A stretch of DNA of 64,000 nucleotides from the NCBI GenBank assembly GCA_964035545.1, contig OZ037767.1, forward strand, positions 15,814,998 through 15,878,997, read 5' to 3'. The notes under the pieces were generated by a model. That model searched no databases and had not been told where the DNA came from. It saw nothing but the letters and a program-made list of their open reading frames with translations. This stretch comes from Bugula neritina. Taxonomy: Eukaryota; Animalia; Bryozoa. The translations under genes and the position numbers were made by a program. Each line of letters starts with the position of its first letter. Position 1 is the first letter of the stretch. Shown here piece by piece: positions 58,332 to 64,000 of this stretch.

Positions 58332-61300
58332 ATATTAGGCCTACTAGTACTAGTCAAACTACCAGTTCCTTTTGTGATTTTTAAATTAGCTCAAAGTTTG
58401 ATTTAAAATATAATGATAAAATCTTTATCACATTATGCAGGCTTACAGCTAGTGTTACTGTCAAAACTCAATTGATAATCATATTTATATTGATGAAAGC
58501 ATCACCTATAACCAAATTGAAATGATAAATGTGACTAAATGTAAATGAGTATAATGATGAAATATTAATGCGAGTTCGTGATGATTCTATAGTTGACTGA
58601 CTTAGTTTTTCAGTAAGTTACTTTTAGTTTTATTTAGTGAGTAGTAACACTAATTGAATGCATAAATAGTCTAAACTTTTTAATTTTATTATAAGATGAG
58701 CAAAAATTTATTCATATTTTAAAGTAATTTATTGAATTCAAATTGATTTTATAGTAAAAGTCTTTAATAGATTCAGTTGCACTTAGCTAGCTTTTTTACT
58801 CAATTAAATGCCTATCTAAAGACATTGCTTCAAAATTGCCAATTGCATATAATATGCTAGATATTCAAGTGCATAATGTGTAATTATACTGATAATACTA
58901 TGTTAATATAGAATAATCCGATATTCTGTACATTTTAGAAAGTGAACTTGTGAGGGCATTAGAGTGAAGACTTATACCTACACAACTCTACTCCCTTTCA
59001 ATCTAATACTTCTAATGTAGACACTCCGAATTTTGGCTTGCAAGGTTATGGCTTCTGCTTATTTCATTCATAAAAAGGTTTGCAGTCTTTTAATGATGTG
59101 CTTGAAAATTATCAAGAATTTTTTTAATTCAAATTGTTCTGTTGAATTCAATAAATTTAAACGTTAATGAAATGCAGGATCACAATTAACTGCTGCCATA
59201 ATAGTACCACAAAAGTGTTTAGCCAACTAAATTTTTATAATATAACTGGGTATAATTTCTAATCAAGCAACCGTTTCCTTTTGCTATTTAAAAGAAGTCA
59301 AAATTGTACTTTCAGCTCTGGAATAGACAATAAGTGGGTAGATTGGCAGGATGGATGTCAAGTAGCAGCATCTATAATTGCTAGAAATTCAGCTGATGAT
59401 AGTGATGAAGCTTTTGCCACATACATGGTGTTATGTGTCCATACTCCGTAAACTCATATTATGAAGACCAAGGAAGTAGAAAGATGATAGGTGCCTTCTT
59501 TGCAAAAGCCGTAGAAGCTACCTAATTTTCTTTTCTTGATAAGAGTTAATTCAAACATAATGGTTGTATCCAGGCTAGAGTTTTTACTGCATTTTATTGG
59601 TTTTTTAAAATAATGTATCTAATGTTTTAAATGTGAAAATTAATGCCTAATAAAACTCAAAAGTTCTAATAGCTGATTTTATGTTAATATTTTCAACATC
59701 TCAGCCAAATCAATTGCTAAATTTAGTTGCCGTTAAAAATTATAAAAATATTTATGAATGAACCTCGCATGATCTCATAATAGTCAAATAATTTTCTCAT
59801 GAGTGTTCTCCTCATTAAGCAATAATTATGAAACAGCACAGCTCAATAGCTGCAGTTTGATATATTACACAATATATTAGAGGAGAAGAAGATATTCAAT
59901 GTATAACAGGAAGCAGCTGCCATTTTGTTTTATATGACTTCCTGCTGACTTGGATGTCTAATTTGAATATCTCAACACACAAACTTGCTGAAACATCCTC
60001 TTCTTTGCTGGAATTGTTAAACCTTTCAACCATTAAACAAAGTAAAAAGCAAATTGACAAATAAATTAGACAAAAAGTTTGGCGGCCATGTTTGACCTAA
60101 TTAACATGTTGAGGCAGCATGAAATTTAGTTTAGCAAAAAGCCCAAACTTTCACAATTATTTTGATACCAAATTTGTCACTATTTCTTTTATACAAAGAC
60201 CCGTTGCTAAGGCTTGTAAATTGTAAACAAATAATTCTCAACTTATTCTAGAGTTGCCAACTTTAAACGCGATTTTCTCGAAACAGTAATTTAGAAATTC
60301 TAAAAACGTTAAAGTTTTTAAATACTGATATCTCAAGTTCTATTTATGCTAGAGACTTCAAATAAAGTGCAAAATGTTTGAAAAAGTCTGCTCTATCACT
60401 CCATAGTAATAACTAGGTTTTCAACATTTTATATACATCCCTTGCTTTGTGGTGCCAGGTCACAAATATTGATAAGTTTCAGTATGTCTATAAATTGAAA
60501 AACAAATAAAGTACTACCAAGAAAAATATTGCTACTTAAACATGTTTTTATATTTAATTGTGCTGTGCAAAGATAAATAAAAGAATAAACTGGTAGCACG
60601 GAAATTAATAAAAAAATTTGCCAACTCACCACTAATATTGGCATTTTGGTACTTAGCTATAAAACAAGAAGCTAGCTTGGCAGCTGCTTAAGGCTAATAA
60701 CTACTTGTAGGCTGCTAAACTGCATTATTAACAATATGAATACTTCTACAATGGGGGGGGGGAAATTCAAATTAATGAATTTAGCACAAATTGCTAGAAG
60801 GTGAAGTGGAAATAAAACGCTACATTTTTTGAAAATATATTGTTACAGGAAAACTTGTATCAAATTGATGTAGGAATAGAGTAGTTTGGGAAATATCAGT
60901 TAATGTGGTCTCTTAAAAGTTATAGTTGCACAAATTCAATTATCTGTCTACAGCAATAGTCATACTGTCATTGTGATATCAAATGACAACGTTAAGCAAA
61001 TGATTGAGCTTACCTTTTGCTGCAATGACAACTTCAGTTCCTAACTCTGAAAGAAAGTGATCATCTTCTATCTCTGAGGGGTAGCTGCAATCTTTACCCA
61101 TGTGATGAAATGATTCAATGTTTTCCATGTTGTAAGGTTGTTTGGAAGCACAAATTCACTGAATCTCAAAGCACAACCTCTTAGTCTGAGCCTCTGGTGT
61201 TCACTATGCCGGCAGAATATTTCTTCGGTCAATAGCAGTGTATGAAAACTATGTGCTGTTATGTAATAACCTTTGTTTTGCGCTTTCGATGCTTGGTAAG

Positions 61301-62667
61301 CCAGTTTCTTGCCTTTGAATCACAATTTAAATATTTCCTTACTATAGCTCTGTTATGCAACATCTTCTTTTGTTCCACCAGGTAGTTTACACAAGTTTAC
61401 ACAAGGCTTTTGAAGTGGTTCAACTGATCCACAATTGACTATTCACTAGCTTGTTTCATTGTTAATTTTAAGCTTCTTGTTTGAAACACATTTGCTGATA
61501 ACTGAGTACATTGGAGTTTAATGGTGCATCTCCCTGATTTCTCTTTTACACACATTTTAAATTAGTTGGCTTTCCTTTCCATGAATGAAATTGACTAGTG
61601 AAGCCTAAACTACCCATGCAAGAGATATGTGCAGTTGAAATTTTTTGTTGATAAATTCAACTTAAGTCTTTGATAAACGGAGTGGGGCAATGTTTAATAG
61701 TAGTCTGGTAACAAGCTATTTGAAAATGTCTTGGGTTCAAAAAAATTTCGAAATCATAAACAGCTAGTAGGTTGAAGGAGTTTCATTCCACTTATATGCT
61801 CCTCAGTTAGGTTGTATTCTTTGTTTTGGTACTAAGTATTATATACCTATATACCCTTATAAAATTATAACTTTCATATCAATTGCTAAACATAAAATAA
61901 CCATTAATATGATATAATTGCAATAATATTTAAATTTTTTCAAATTTGTGTTGAAAAAAAGCATTAAATGCATTAATAATAACATTTTTTCAAAAAACAA
62001 AAAATATAGAAAATGCAAAATTAATAGGTTTATGCAGAGCAAAGAAATTTATTTGTGTGCCAATTATAAAAAGCAATTGACTCAATTTTTTTTAAATGCA
62101 CATAAATTTCAATAGTATTCAAATAAATTGCACGTAAAATGTATAAATAGCATCTAACTGGGAAGCACCAATCGAAATGACCCAAATGTAGGGTTCAACT
62201 CTATCCTAGCTTCCTATAAAGGTTTGTGAACGAATAATGTTGTTAGGTGCGGATTGTTCCATAATTCTTATGTAAATAAAATTTTGCTTAAACATATGTA
62301 GTTGTAGCATTGATCTCACTTTCTGCTCCTATCAATTACTGTTTAGCTTCATTAAGACCTAGGGATGATAATTACGTAATACTTGTGAAAAGTAGCGTTG
62401 ACTTAACAACTAAGTGGTTTCAGAGCTACTACAAAATATTTTTCAGCTTACACTAATCGGATTAATTTTCAATTTCATCAAAATAAGTGCAGGTCTAACA
62501 ACTATTAGAGGTGTGGTGCAGGCTATACCGACAATAAAAGGCTCTTTGAACAGCTTTAGTGCAAGCACTGCACTAATATTTCTCACTGTGTAAAATATGC
62601 TTAGATTTAAAGTCACTTCAACAATGTATCAAACAGCTGAATTTTGTTCAAATTATATATACTGTAG

Positions 62668-63917
62668 AAAAGAATGAATCTAGCCAAAGTGTACCAAGAC
62701 CCATTCGCTATGTCGGCAAAATTGAAGTTGGAGAAATGACTGATGACATCATATCCTTTATTGAACATCCAACTGATTCTACTAAAATAATGGCAGCTAC
62801 ATCAAAACAACTTGTAGAGATCAATCATCATGGAGACTGTACAGTAGTAGCTGGTGTGCAGCTGCAAGGTTGTTTGCATACGCAAAACTCACTTTCATTT
62901 GCTTCCATCAGTCATATTTTTTATGCTCACTTCACTGATCTGAATTTACATCACTTCCTGTTTAACAAGTCTGTCATCTTGGTGGCTGATGAAGGTGACC
63001 ATTGCATTAAATTCTTTGAATTTCAACAGAAACCTTTGTTCTCTAATTTTCAAACCTACAAAATTGGCAATTGTGGACTTCCACAAGTATCCCCTTTGTT
63101 AGCTGATAAAGTTCGACACTTTAGTGAACCTCAGGCAATCATGCTGAACACCCCAAAACATCTTTCTCTGTACCATGACTCTGAGACTATCAGACTGGTT
63201 GTTAACTGTGTGCTGACTGAAGTATACTCTGTTATTGTTAGTATCTATCCAACTCACACTGTAGCATATGAGTACAGTGGACACCCCGGGTACGTTATTA
63301 CCGACATGTTAAATCATTTTGATTTTCCAATGATGAAATCACAGGGATTTAGCAGTGTGGAAAACAAAAGTGATTTAGCAAAGGTTGATTTGCATATTGA
63401 GGATAATCTTGGCAAATTAATCGGGGTTTATTTTTATTTTTGTGAGTCAACTATTAGTTCAGAAGTTCCCAGACTGTTAAATGATTTGCCAACAATATTA
63501 TTGAGTGGTAAAATTCAGTATTTGATTTACAATCATACTAGTCAGGAGCTGTTCATACGGAATTTACAAATTTTACATCTTCCTCTGGAAGCAGAGTCTA
63601 AACTGAGTCAATATACTGTAGCACGTGATTCTCTCATACTCTACAGTCAAAGCCTGAAAACATTTTATTTCACAAAGAAATATTTTCAATATCAGAGAGT
63701 TAGTGAGAGTCAGTGTAGTCATTCTATTATACAAAAGTTACAGGTGAATGGAGCTGAATCTTGTGCTTATGTCTGCTTTAAATATGGCAATCTTTGTGTT
63801 TACTTTTCATTTAATAGTGTAGACAACTTCTGTTATATTCATAATGAGGTCAGCAATACTAGTTTCATTACTACTCCAGGTTTCTACTGTTACACATCTT
63901 TAAATTATATATTTTAA
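62668..63917 (+). CDS. Gene B exon 3: NHL/beta-propeller-like region + PAN/Apple-like domain
   Basis: actgtag|AA AAG AAT in phase with exon 2 and with ORF 62736-63917; paralog of gene A exon 3. Confidence 0.85.
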
Positions 63918-64000
63918 ATGTTTAAACAATTTGTTGGTTCTTTTAACAACGATATTATATCCCAATTTTAATTTAGTAAGTTATCACACAAATAATAACT

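Larger units (their letters stand above)
44833..60465. mobile_element. Candidate large decayed TIR DNA element (~8 kb without nested E3)
   Basis: Imperfect inverted termini tgtgaccagtcgcgacaaaaccggggatat / atcccttgctttgtggtgccaggtcaca plus mirrored subterminal motifs (aaaattgcatttaaag vs ctttaaacgcgatttt). Confidence 0.4.

Noticed and set aside
59309-59521. Possible tyrosine-recombinase C-terminal motif (THNTM..VA..IDAAT*H)
   Set aside because: Too degenerate; catalytic residues not identifiable without an HMM search

Overview
AT-rich animal (invertebrate-like) genomic DNA. The host content is a cluster of three paralogous spliced genes for secreted proteins with the layout signal peptide - WSC domain - NHL/beta-propeller-like region - PAN/Apple-like domain. 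Gene A (+, 25342-36981) and gene B (+, 41568-63917) are intact. Gene C (-, 23651 downward) has intact WSC exons but a decayed last exon. Each paralog carries a young ~7.4-kb Ty3/Gypsy LTR retrotransposon on the minus strand (E1 10866-18311, E2 28328-35716, E3 50890-58331) with 305-bp LTRs, a tRNA-Leu PBS, a -1 gag-pol frameshift signal and an unusual third ORF. That ORF sits at the env position but encodes a double zinc-finger / coiled-coil protein. E2 is a mosaic: a pol core nearly identical to E1 between diverged LTR/gag/PR and ORF3 modules. Also present: a Penelope-like GIY-YIG palindrome with two hammerhead ribozymes just 3' of gene A, a decayed R4/Dong-like LINE, a pogo-like DNA transposon, a CR1/L2 tail, a tRNA-SINE, a decayed P2X7-ballast/KolX-like gene inside a candidate large TIR element, and several tandem repeats. 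Best candidate for an undescribed system: the Gypsy zinc-finger accessory ORF that travels with its own LTR type. Second: cassette-like gene conversion in the WSC-PAN family. All calls are by eye; no database searches were run.
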